DNA of 64,000 nucleotides from an uncultured virus (IMG/VR IMGVR_UViG_3300009130_000019). Its lineage: Duplodnaviria; Heunggongvirae; Uroviricota; Caudoviricetes. The position numbers were made by a program, and so were the translations under genes. This document shows, in pieces, positions 47,025-59,400 of this stretch. How positions within the stretch are numbered: position 1 is the stretch's first letter; every line of letters starts with the position of its first letter. Under the pieces are notes generated by a model, which did not search any database, had not been told where the DNA came from, and saw nothing but the letters and a program-made list of their open reading frames with translations. The stretch lies in IMG/VR virus record IMGVR_UViG_3300009130_000019. One strand, given 5' to 3'.

Positions 47025-50000
47025 ATGGCAACGTATGTACCAAATGTAGCTCAGTACTTACCTGAGTTAAAAACATTTACACCAGATTATAAGTTTTTGT
47101 CTAATGTTCTAACGGCAAAACAAACAAAATATGATACTAATTATAAGCAGTTAAATAATGCTTATAGCAGAATCATGTATTCAGATCTTTCAAGACAAGA
47201 TACACAAGAGGCTAGAGATCAATTTGTAAATGACTTACAGCCAACATTAGAAAAAATATCTGGACTAGATTTATCTTTAGCTCAAAATGTAAGAGCGGCA
47301 AATGCTGTTTTTGAACCATTTTATGACAATGACTTAGTTATGAAAGATATGGTTTATACTAAAAACTATAAAGATAATCTTTCTTATGCTGAAAGTTTAA
47401 TGTATTCTAATGATCAAGAAACAAAAGATAAATATTGGAAAGAGGGGATAGAATACATGGCTATAAAAATGGAAGATTTTAAAAACGCTTCACAGGAAGT
47501 AGCTATGAATATGGGCTTGGAACAATATGTAGAACACCCACAGTTATATAAAAAAGCCAGAGCTTATTTAGATGAAAAGGGTTATAAAATAGAATATGAC
47601 GAACTTTCTAAAGACCGTGATTTTATTATTACAAATACAAATGGAGAAGATGTTACAGCTACAATTATGGCTGATTTAAAACAAATGTTTTCTAAAGATC
47701 AACTTATTAATAAGGCGTATTATACACAGTCATATGTAGATTCACGAAACTATGCCAAAAACCAGATGAATGAAGGTCTGGTTGGTAGTGTGCAAGAAGG
47801 AATCAATAAATATAACATGGGTAATATTGAAGCATACAAAAAAAGCCAAGAAGCCTCAGTTGAGAAATATGATGCCAGAATAAATAGTTTAAATGATGAA
47901 TTGAACACTATACAACAAAACCTTAAAGGGAAAGCTCCTGTTCCTGGAAGTTTGGATGATATGTATATTAAAAAAATACAAAATCAAATAGAGGGTGATA
48001 ATAAAGAAAAAGAAATGCTTATGCAAAGTATTACTTTAGCAAATGAAGTTTTGTCTTCAGGAGATTCAAAAATGATTAATGATAGAGGTTATTCTATACA
48101 AATGAATACCAATATAATGCAAGACCTTAGAACAGCTGCTACAAATTATTCAATGCTTACAGCAAAGAAAAAAATTGAGGTTAATCAAGCTGAACTCCAT
48201 GCAAAAAATAGAAGGCATGCAGCTAGAATGCAAAGAGAAAAATTCATCTTTGAAGAAAGAATGAAAGAAAAGCAATCTCAATTAGATGCACAAAAAGAAC
48301 TTGCCGTATATGAAGGTAAATTAGATATAGAAAAGGAAAGGGGAATAAAAAGAACCACTTTTAAGTATGATGATGATAAAACACTTATAGATAAAGCTTA
48401 TGATTTTCTTGGTCTTGGAGAAACTGGATCAACTACTTTGCTAACAAAAACTGGTATTGAAGACTTAAGTGAAAAAGTAAGAAATGATACTGAATTAGAA
48501 TTTATAGAAAACGCCCAGGAAAAACTTGTATCAGAGGAGTTAGGGTTATATACAAGTTTATATAGTATTACTGATAATGATAGCCCTGTTAATGGTATGG
48601 TAAAAATACCTGATGGATATATAGTTCCAGAAGAATATGAAGAAAATATAACAGAGTATAAGGACAATATATATATGAAGTCTGAAGCTTTTAAAGAACT
48701 TGTAAAAGAAAACAAAAATGCATATGAAGCTTATTCAGGCCATTTATACGACATGTTAAGTAATGAAGATACTCCTGAAAATCCTGATAAAAAAACAAGT
48801 AATTCACTTAAGCACAATTCTAATAATAATGCATCTTTTGAAGCCATTATAAATTTACAAGAAAAGAAAAAAAATATAGAAGATCAAAGGAATAAGTATT
48901 TTAGTACCGCAAAGGAGCAAATGAGAGTAGCATCTGAATTGTCTGGGAACAAATATTTACCAAGCCCTATACAAGAAGATCAAAATGGTACTGATCAATT
49001 GTTATCTCAAGAACAATTTAATAAAACCATAGAGTCAAGTGATGCTTATGCACCTAGATATTTAAATTCCAAAAAATTTATAAATCATGTTAGAGGTGGC
49101 TTGCATCTAGGGGAGGCACATATTTTAAAAGATGAGATAATTCAAAACTATGAAAAGAATAAAAAGTTACCTGATGATTTTATATTAGAAGATAAAGAAA
49201 TATTAGTTGATGGTAAAAAACAATACACAAAAAGATTTAATCCTAAATATTTTTCTATAAGAAGAACAACATATGGAAATAGAGAAAACCAAAGAGCTTT
49301 AAGTAAATCAATGGGAATCATGACTCAAGCAGCAGGCGGGTATCTTATGGCTGAAAGGTATTATCGTATGTTTCCTGTTAAGAATGAGAAGTTATATAAC
49401 AATATATCAAATTCATATTCTAGGCAATTAGAAGAGCTTGATCAAATACAAAAAGGTACATATTTAAGTCCAAAAGATGAAAAGCCCATTAGTGGTGTAC
49501 CATACTATTCATTTGTTGCTCAACAGTTAGATCTACAAGACCCAAATGCCTTATTACCAACATTGCAAATAGGGTTTAAAACTTCTGATGTTATGAATAA
49601 TTTTCAATATAAAGACTTCAAAGAAAGTGGAGACGTGACAAAAATCCCTAGAAGTATGAAGAATACAATGTTTTTGGAAAAGGCCATTCAGAATTCTTTA
49701 GGTGATTATGAGGTGTATCAAACAAAACTAACTAGTGCCACTGGTAGAAAGTTTGATAATTATAAAAAGGAGGATCAAGTAGATCCAAATATGGTGTTAA
49801 ATATAATAAACAACTATAAAACAGGGAAGTTAGAAGATGATTATATTATTGAATATACTCCAGGTAATGACCATGAAGGATCTTCAGAGTATAGAATTAT
49901 TGCCAAAACAGACGTAAAAGCTAATAAGCAACATATATTTGGTTATGAGTACAATAATTTTATAACTATAAAAATGCCTAATAGGTATGACGGCAATGAA

Positions 50001-50444
50001 ATAAATCCTCTTAATGATGAAACGAATTATATTTTAAATAGTTTAATTAACAAAAAGACTGGCACACATAATAGAGGATTTGCTGATAACTCAAGCGTAA
50101 GTGTTGTTAAAGATGGAAATAGTTATAAATTTAATACAGATTTTTATCAATGGAACAGGACCACAGGAAATTATGATTTATTAACTTCACAACAAATTCA
50201 AAGTCAATTACCTTCTTTTGAAACTAACACTAGAATGTTTAATACTTATAAGCAAGCTAATGATTATTATGAAGAACAGGTAAAATTATTAACAGACTGG
50301 TCTAGCAATCAGTTAAGAAGGAAAGAAGATATAACAAGATATTATAGTGAGTGGTTGTCAAACTTTAATCCACCTTTAGAAAACTCAAAAGAAAACTATA
50401 AAGAGTTTTTAGAAATGTTAAACAAAACAAATTATGGGCGATAA
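47025..50444 (+). CDS. Putative virion cargo/ejection protein, 1139 aa
   Basis: Helical/coiled-coil; directly upstream of and overlapping the RNAP gene by 11 nt. Confidence 0.7.
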   Translation: MATYVPNVAQYLPELKTFTPDYKFLSNVLTAKQTKYDTNYKQLNNAYSRIMYSDLSRQDTQEARDQFVNDLQPTLEKISGLDLSLAQNVRAANAVFEPFYDNDLVMKDMVYTKNYKDNLSYAESLMYSNDQETKDKYWKEGIEYMAIKMEDFKNASQEVAMNMGLEQYVEHPQLYKKARAYLDEKGYKIEYDELSKDRDFIITNTNGEDVTATIMADLKQMFSKDQLINKAYYTQSYVDSRNYAKNQMNEGLVGSVQEGINKYNMGNIEAYKKSQEASVEKYDARINSLNDELNTIQQNLKGKAPVPGSLDDMYIKKIQNQIEGDNKEKEMLMQSITLANEVLSSGDSKMINDRGYSIQMNTNIMQDLRTAATNYSMLTAKKKIEVNQAELHAKNRRHAARMQREKFIFEERMKEKQSQLDAQKELAVYEGKLDIEKERGIKRTTFKYDDDKTLIDKAYDFLGLGETGSTTLLTKTGIEDLSEKVRNDTELEFIENAQEKLVSEELGLYTSLYSITDNDSPVNGMVKIPDGYIVPEEYEENITEYKDNIYMKSEAFKELVKENKNAYEAYSGHLYDMLSNEDTPENPDKKTSNSLKHNSNNNASFEAIINLQEKKKNIEDQRNKYFSTAKEQMRVASELSGNKYLPSPIQEDQNGTDQLLSQEQFNKTIESSDAYAPRYLNSKKFINHVRGGLHLGEAHILKDEIIQNYEKNKKLPDDFILEDKEILVDGKKQYTKRFNPKYFSIRRTTYGNRENQRALSKSMGIMTQAAGGYLMAERYYRMFPVKNEKLYNNISNSYSRQLEELDQIQKGTYLSPKDEKPISGVPYYSFVAQQLDLQDPNALLPTLQIGFKTSDVMNNFQYKDFKESGDVTKIPRSMKNTMFLEKAIQNSLGDYEVYQTKLTSATGRKFDNYKKEDQVDPNMVLNIINNYKTGKLEDDYIIEYTPGNDHEGSSEYRIIAKTDVKANKQHIFGYEYNNFITIKMPNRYDGNEINPLNDETNYILNSLINKKTGTHNRGFADNSSVSVVKDGNSYKFNTDFYQWNRTTGNYDLLTSQQIQSQLPSFETNTRMFNTYKQANDYYEEQVKLLTDWSSNQLRRKEDITRYYSEWLSNFNPPLENSKENYKEFLEMLNKTNYGR

Positions 50445-53400
50445 TTTAAACATGCCAGATAACCTGGAGTTTACACAACAAGACATTGATACAACATTGG
50501 GTCAAGATTTACCAACAACACCAACAGATCTTGATTATGACATTATGTTTAAGGAGTTTTCTGATGCTGCTAACAGTATTTCATATCATTCAGATTATGA
50601 GCCATTAAATTCTAATTATTCTGGGCCAGTTGGTTTTAATTATAATCCATATGAGCAGAATGTTAATCTTTCAAATTCAGAGATTAACATTCTTAAAAAT
50701 ATGAACCAAATAAATGATAAGGTTCTTAAAAATCCTAAGCCTTTACATCCTATTTATACAAATAAGAGAATAACTAATTTTGAAAGATATTATTCTCATG
50801 ATAAATTTGGAGAACTTGGTTGGCATCCATATAGAGATAATGAAAAGATATATAATGAAAACTCAACAGTTTGGGATGACTATGGTAGAATGCTTGGTCA
50901 AATGCCAAAATTGCTTTATACGGGTTTTGTATCTGCATATAGATCTATAGGAGATTTATTTGATGATGACCCTTACTTATTTGGGGGTAAAGATTTAGAT
51001 TCAGCCAGAGAGTTTTCTGATGCTATGAGAATAGGTAATTCTACTAGGGGTGGTGTAGGAGAATTTATGAATAATTTAGTATTGCAGTTTGGATATACAG
51101 GAGGTATTATTTTAAATATTGCAGCAGAAGAATTTATATTATCGGGACTAACAAGAGGGGGGTCTATTTTTACAGCCCCTGCTAGAGTTTTACAAAAAAC
51201 AGCAACTTCAGCAGCAAGAGCAACCAGAATAAAAGAGGGTATAGAATTATTAGGTTCAACAGTAAGCAAATTAAAAAACATAGAAAATTCTAAAGGTTTT
51301 TATCAGGCACTAAGAACTGGTGACAGTAAACTAATGAAGTTTTTACTTCCTGAAACAATGGGTGCCAGGAGACTTATCACAAGTACAAATGGCATGAAAA
51401 ATCTTTCGGACTTTGGGAAAACCATGAAGACTTACGGCGGGTTTTACAGAGATCTTAGAAGTCTTAATTATGCTATATCTGAAGCCAAGATGGAAGGGGG
51501 TATGGTGTATGATGAAAGAATGGTTAATGGCTTAGCATCAAGAAGTGAAGATTCTACATTAGAATATTTACCTGATGAAGATTTAGAATTAATTAGAAAC
51601 GGTGCTAATGAGTCAGCCTATTATACAACTTTGTTAAATGCTCCTTTTATATATTTTACTAATCAATTTATATTAGGAAATGCATTAGGATCTTCTAACA
51701 GGTCTTTAGCTAAATTAATAGCTGATAATTCTGATTCAGTAGCTAAAAAACTTATTAGGCAATCTCCTCTTAAAAAAACATTTTTAGGAAAACCAATTCT
51801 TGATGATGCTGGGAAAGTTTTAGTGAAGCAATCTGGAGCAAAGGGTGTTAAAGGTTTTACAGCAAAAGGTTTAGCTATAGGAACAGCAGGTGTAGCATTA
51901 AGATATTTTAGTCAAAATTTTGGTGAAGGTGTACAAGAGGTATATCAAGAAGCTGTATCTCATGGGGTAGGACATTATTATGATGCAATAATAAAAGATC
52001 CTACATTAAATACAAGAAATTTATTTGCCGCATCATTAAGTGAGGGGATGTCTAGTCAATTTTCTGAACAAGGATTTAAAACTTTCCTTTCAGGGTTTAT
52101 GATGGGCGGTATAGCAGGGCCTGTTCAAAGCTTTTTGTTTAATCATATACCTAATGCAAAAAACTATTTATTTAACAGAGAAGAATTCTTAGCAAAGAAG
52201 AAAGAATTTAAACAATATATTGATAAGCTTGAGAACCAATATAACAGTAGTTATACAAAATTTAAAGAAGATCCTGATAAGTTTTTAGATTTAAAGGTTG
52301 TTAATACAATAATGCAAAGGCAGGTTAGCCAAGCTATGAATGAAACAGTTGTTGATAATGACAACTATGAAAAGATAAACCAAAGGGATATATCTAAATT
52401 TCAAAACTTATATACTTTAGCTAACAATGGTTCTTTAGATATGTTTAGAGATCAGTTGAATGACTATTTAAAACTATCTGATGAAGACATTGCAACAGCA
52501 TTCCCTTCTCTTAAATCTGAAGTTAAAACAGGGAAAATAAAAGAAAGGTTAAATAGCTATATAGAACAAATAGATAAAGTTGAAGAATTATATAATAAAA
52601 ATAAAAACAAAAATATAAATCCTTTTGACCCATCACAGTATGACCCTCTTAAAGAGCCTGGTTTATTCCAGGAAGAAAGCTTTAGGTATAAAACATTTGA
52701 GCACATTAGGTACCTTGCAATGTTCACAGAAAATTCAATGATAAGAGCAGGGGAAAGAATGATTAGTTTATATAAATCACTAGAGGTTGACCCCGTGTTT
52801 AAAAACATGGCTGCTAATGATCTTGTATTGCTTACTCAGGACCGGCTTATTTCTGATGAAATAAATAATCTTAAAGCTGAAATAAAACTTGCTGAAGATA
52901 CTGATACTAAATATGAAGGTCTTAATCTTAAAAAAAGAAAGCTTAAGAATTTACAAAAAATACAAGAGTTTTTAAAAGGTGGAAGAAATAAATTTGGTTC
53001 TATTAAACTAGAAAAGAAAGAACAAATAAGAAAGCTTTTTAAGAAGTATGTACAAGACTTAGCTACAGATAAGCAATCTATCTTAAATACTGATATTCTG
53101 GATGAGCAAATAGATAAAATATTTGATTATAATAAATTATCAGAGGATGAGAAGATGTATAATAATTCTATTATAGCATTATCTGACCCCACTAAGTTTG
53201 ATGAATTATTTACTGCTACTTATAAAAAAAGAAAAGAAATATATGATAATGGAGTTAAGATATTCAGAGATAGTATATACAAACATATCAATAATGAAAT
53301 ATACAGAAAGATTTTAAATGACTTAGCAGACATGGGTTATTATTTAGACCCTCAAGAAGTAATAGCATTCCATGAAAGTGGATATAAAGATTTTTCTTTA

Positions 53401-56400
53401 ATTACTAAAATATATGATGAGAAAGGTATAGTTGAAGATGTAAACATTGAAAAGACTTTAAAGAAATTGCTTGATGATGCAATGCTTAAAGAAGAGCAAG
53501 AGGAAGAGACAGAAGATGATAACAAAGCAATAATTGATGAGGAGATAAAACTTCTAATGGAAGAGTTTGAATTAGATAGTTACACAATAGCTACTCCAGA
53601 GCAGGATCAACAAATAACAAATTTAGAAAAATCTATATTAGGGCAGATACAATTTAACAACCCAAATGAAAATGCATCATCAATAAATAAAAAACATTCA
53701 GATAATCTTTCTATGGTTATTGACTCCTTGTTAGTAGTTGCTGCAAACAACTCATCTATTGAGGCGTATAACTCTTTGCAAGCTTTTGAATTTTATATAA
53801 ATGGTCAACTTGAAGAAAACCAAAAGCAATTTCTTGATAGAATATTTGGCAAGTATGATAAGACTGAAGAAATAAAAAAAGGCTTTAACTCAGAACTAAA
53901 TGAAATTAATGAAGAGGAAGAGATTGAAGAAGTTGGAGATGAGGATTTAGATGAAGAAGAACAAAACAAAGAAGAAGAAGAAAAAAAGAAACTTTCATTA
54001 TTAAACGAAAGGGTGTTTCCTGAGCTTAATAATATTGAGTTAAAGATTAGGGTAAGTAAAAAAACAAAGAAATTTATTATTACAGAAAATAATAAAAGGC
54101 TATCAAAAAACCTCCAGTTATATTTTGGTTTAGATAGTATTGCATTTGACACTTTAGAAGATGCACGCAATGTTTTACAAGGCTTAGAAAAAAGTGAAGA
54201 TGTTGACAATAAGGTTTTTTATTTAAAAAATAATGAATCTCTACAAAATGATCAAACCGTATATGATAATTCAGGTAGAGCTTATATAGTCAAAACAACA
54301 CTACCGTATTTTATTTTAAATAAAGAAATAGTTGCAGTAGATGCTTTAAATAGGAGAAGCCAAATATTAACAGAAGATGGGTTTATTAAAAACTTTTCTA
54401 AGGAGAAAAGAAAAAAGGACTACCCAAATAAATTATCTACAGTAGATAACAATGTTGTTTTAATACCAAGATCTTACAATGTTGATCCAAACACAAAGAA
54501 AAGAATACCTGCGGTTATACCTCAAGAAACATATGCTGCTGTAATGTCTTATTTGGGTAAATCTTATGAAAAAGATGAAGCTAATTTATTTGAAATAAAT
54601 ATATCGTCTTTAGAGCCTACAGATAAACTTAGGCCAGTACAACCTAATATATCAGAGGATGCTCACCCACACATGTTTTATAAGGGGGTTCCATATAGTA
54701 TTTCACTGTCTTTAACTCCAGAGGGTTTATCTTTAATTAACACTGAATTACAAAACAAAAAAATTGAAGTACTTTCTAGTCCTGTCATAGCCTTTTTAAA
54801 TACTAATAATATAGTATTTAAAGATACAAATGGGATTGAGATAAACCCCCTTGAAATGACATTTGATCAAGCGCAAATGTTTTTTCAAAAATTAGACAAT
54901 AATAAATATGAAAGATTAATTGATAATTTTGCTTCAAATAAAGCTTTAGAATATGGCATTAAAGATTATTTTGAAAACAATAATGTAACATCTGTTAAAT
55001 TTACCGAAGAGGAATTTATAAAACAATTTGACATAAGTTTTTTGACGGCTATACAAGAGTTTGACTATAACTCAAACAACCCCATAGAGTTAAACCAGGT
55101 GATGTTTTCTAAAGTTGAAGGTCAATATTTTATAACAAGAAATGTTTTGGATAAAGATTTTAATGTTGTAATAGACATGGAAGTTCCTGGGAATCCAGAA
55201 TTAGATCAATCTTTATTGACTAGAATTGAAAAAGCTAGTGAAGAATATAAGTTTCAGCAAGGGTATATTGCTTGGTCATTTGCACCAAATGGAGATCTTA
55301 TATATATACCACTTAAATCTAAAGTTTTAGAAGATGAAAAGATAGAATCAATATTTAAATCTATTCAAGAAACATCTAATAAAGTAAAAGAAAACCAAAG
55401 TGTAGATCTTGATAAGTTTAATACTGAAAAAGATTATTTCATATCTATGCCTAAAGGTTTTTATTTAAATATTACAGTTGTTGAAGATACTGGGAATGTT
55501 TTATTTACACTTAAGAAAAAAGAATTTAATGGACAAGAAACTAAAACAGTATTTCAAGACACCTTGACATTTACTAATGAACAAATCACACAGTTGTCAA
55601 TTGATAATTTGCAGCAAATATTTGATTATTTTAATGTTCAAATAAAAGATAAATTAGATGATACAATTGCTGAAAATTTCACTCTTACAAAAGAGCAGTT
55701 TAGAGTAAATTTTTCTAAAGATTCTACTAATGAAGAAATTGCAGGAGATGTAAAAACTGATTTACAAGCAAGGGTGTATAAGCGTAAAAATTATAAAATA
55801 CAAGCTTCTACTGAGGCTATAGAGCAAATTAAAAACCCTCCTGTTAACACAAACAACAATAATAATAGCAATGCTAATAATCAAAACTCTAATAAATCAG
55901 ACTTAGATAAAAAGATAGAAGAGATTAATTATATAAGAGAAGGTGCTAAATTGTTAATTGATTCAACTAAACTAGCAAATGTTGTTAGGCAATCAAATAT
56001 TCAAAATACCAAGGAAGGGCTTGAAAATATTGTTAAGTTTTTAAATAATACGTTTTCAGATACATATAAACTTATAGAATTTGATGGAAATCAACTTACC
56101 TTGTCTAGGAATGGTATAGAATTTAAAATACCTTTTTCAGAAAATAAGCTAGGAGGGGGTGCAATTTATGTATTCGACTTTAATATAAATGACATTATAG
56201 ATGCTAAATATAATGCAGAAATAGCAGCATTAACTTTAAATAACAACAATCCAGAATTTAGTAGAGATGATTTAGAGAATCAATTAAGAGAATTAGAAGA
56301 TCAAGAACAAAAAAAGAGAAATGAAATAAACAAGCTTAAAAGAAAGCTTAAAAAACAAACTGATCAAAATAAGATTAATTCTATTACTCAAAAAATAAAT

Positions 56401-59400
56401 GAGTTAGAAGCTGAAGAATTACAATTAGATAAGAAAATATCTGAAATAAATAAACAGCTCAATGAAATTATTGGGAAAGTTATTAATAAGTCTCATACTA
56501 AATATTCAGTAGAAGATATAGATACATTTATAAATTGGCTTAAAGATAATCTACCAAGCTTTATTACAGTTGAAGATATTGATACCCTTAAAGACAATAT
56601 GTTACGTGGAGGAAAAAGAGTGGGTGGGTTTATGATGGACATAAGAAAGATAGCTGGAAAGATTAAATCTGGCGGAGTTATCTTTACTAAAGATGCAAAT
56701 CCAGGAAAGTATCATGAAGCTTTTCACGCTGTATTTAGATTATTGCTTACAAATGAGGAAATTAGAAACTATTTACAAATAGCAGAAAAAGAAGTAAGGG
56801 AAAAATTAAGAAAAGAAGGTAAAACCTTAGACCAAGAACTTGAGTTGTTTAAAAATATTGATATAAGGTTTGATACATATTCTAAAAAACAGTTAAAGGA
56901 AAGATATTTAGAAGAGTATATGGCAGACGAGTTTGATTTATTTAAATCAAATCCAAGATCTACAAAAACAAACTCTTTCATCAAAAGTCTTTTTAATAGA
57001 ATTGTAGAAATAATTAAGAATGTATTATCTTATTTTAGAAAGTCTGATAATGTAGCTTATAATAATCTTAATGAATTATTTATGGCTATTGATTCAGGGA
57101 AATATAAGTCTGCAAATCTAATGGATAACAGATTTACAGAAACGTTTTCTCCAGGGACTTCAGAAATTATTAACACTTTAGTTCCGTATAAGAAAAGATC
57201 TGGTGGAGAATTAGTGTATCTTGATAGTGATACAAGTGATGCTTTAGTAAATCAAATTTATGCAAGAGTTTTAGTTCAACAAGAAAACAGGCCTGGTGTT
57301 ACCATAGATGAACTTATGGATGAAAGCATTGAAAAATTTAATGACTTATATGAGCGACAGATAGAAGACTTAGAAGAAAATGATCCTGAAAATAAAAAAA
57401 TTAGCAGATATAATAATGTTCTTGAAGCATTAGATAATTTTAGAAAGGATATTAAGATCAATATAAATGAAAGGCTTAAATACATAAATCTTACACAGGA
57501 GAATATTGATAATGCTGAAGATGACAGTCTATATGAAATAGGAGAGAACACATCTAACTATGGTCTTAAACAAGAGATGATAGGTGCTGAAAAGTCTATG
57601 CCTAATTTTGTAAGAAAATATTTTGCTTCTACAACAATGGAAAAAAGGGATATGTTTGGTAATACATATCTCACCGAAGATACTATTGATGAGAATGGAG
57701 ATATAGTTAAAGGAGAAAAAATAGTTTCCACACCAAATGTTGCAGAGGCATATAATGGATTCTTAAGAGCAACTAGTGATATATTTAATCATTCAGAAAT
57801 GCTTACCAAACTTGTAGTATTTACCGAGTCAAGTAATTTTGAATCTAAAGCAATTATAGATAGGTTGCTTAAAGATGTAGGTATGACAAGAGAGCAAATC
57901 CTTCAAGATGGAATAGATGAAGGATCTTTTATAGCTCTAAGTCTTGATAATGTTAGTAAAAAACCATATTTATTACATAGAGTATTAAAGTCTTTTGAGA
58001 ATAGCATGTTTACATATAACATGTCAGTATATGATAAAAACACAAACCAATCATATACATATAATCCAATGACTTATTCTGCAAGAACTGCTCAAATAGA
58101 AAGGTGGAGTATTGGAAATGTTGCTGCTATAAAAAAACCAGAGGCAGAGAATTTTACAAAAGTAAAGAAAGCTCGTACAATATTTCAAAATAAAAAAGTT
58201 AGGACTGATCAAAGTTTATTGGAAGACTCAAGGTTAATAGCGGAATTAATTGAAGATGGTGTAGGCATTTCATTAAGCCCTTTGTATATACAGTATTCTA
58301 TAGCAAAAAGTCAAGCACATACAATAAAACAAAGATATTTACGTAATGCTTTTGATAAAAGAGATCCTATAACAATAAGTGATTTGGAACAGTTATCATT
58401 TTTTGCTTTCACAGGCAATGCTATTTTTGTAAAAGATGCAGAAAAAGATATATCTAAAATTTATAGAAGATTAGCTTATAATAATATTGCTTTTGATGAA
58501 ACTATAGGAACTACAACATTTTTAAATCCTGAAAATGAAAGAATATATGCTCACCAATTACCAACCTTTAATGCAAAGTTTGCTAAAGACCTAAATGAAA
58601 ACTATCTTGATTTTTTAAATTATTTAGTTGAAAATGATTCAATCTTAGAATATAATCATTTAGTTAACCAGGAAGACTTTATAGAGTTTGTTGAGAATGG
58701 CGGGTTTAAATATGAAAGAATAGGTGGGTATTCTATTAAAGAATCTTCTGAAGACAGTTCATCTGGGTCATTTATAAATAAAGGTAAGTCATATGGTAAG
58801 TTAACAATGGAAGAGTTTTTAACTATTTTATTAATGAATTACACCTCTAATATAACAGGTTCCGGTAGGTTTTCAGATTCAAAAATTCCAGCATCACCAA
58901 TATTTACAAGAGTTGCAGAAACTTCAAGGACGGGACCAGAATTTCAAATGCCTATATATAAAGCCATTGAAGAAGATAGTAGTATTACCGATAAAGCAAT
59001 ATATGATTTCTACAATTATATTAAAGGAGAGTTTTTAAGAATACAAAAAGAGAGTGCTGAAAATGCAAACACAAAGTTAATAAATAAATATAATGCTATA
59101 ATAAGCGATGTTACTGGTGAGCTTGTTAGAGATGAAAATAAAGAAGGCACAGCATTTAGACTATATAAAACATCAGCTGTTTTAAATAATAATTTAGTTC
59201 AGGTAGAAAAAATAGAAAACCCTGCCACTGACAAGCTTGTGTATGATGTTATTAGTAAGTCTCCAAAGGGACAGGTAACAATAAGCAAAACATCAGAATT
59301 AGCAAACTCTTTAGAAAGAGATGAGAATTTTGCAAATAAAATTAAAATAAAAAAAGAGGAAAATCAACAAGAAATAGATTACAAAAGAACATATTTAATT

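Noticed and set aside
7124..57551. Minus-strand ORFs in the track lying within late genes (e.g. 18746..19126, 44305..44664, 53805..54209)
   Set aside because: Antisense shadows of long plus-strand genes, with Phe/Ser/Leu-rich composition and no leaders
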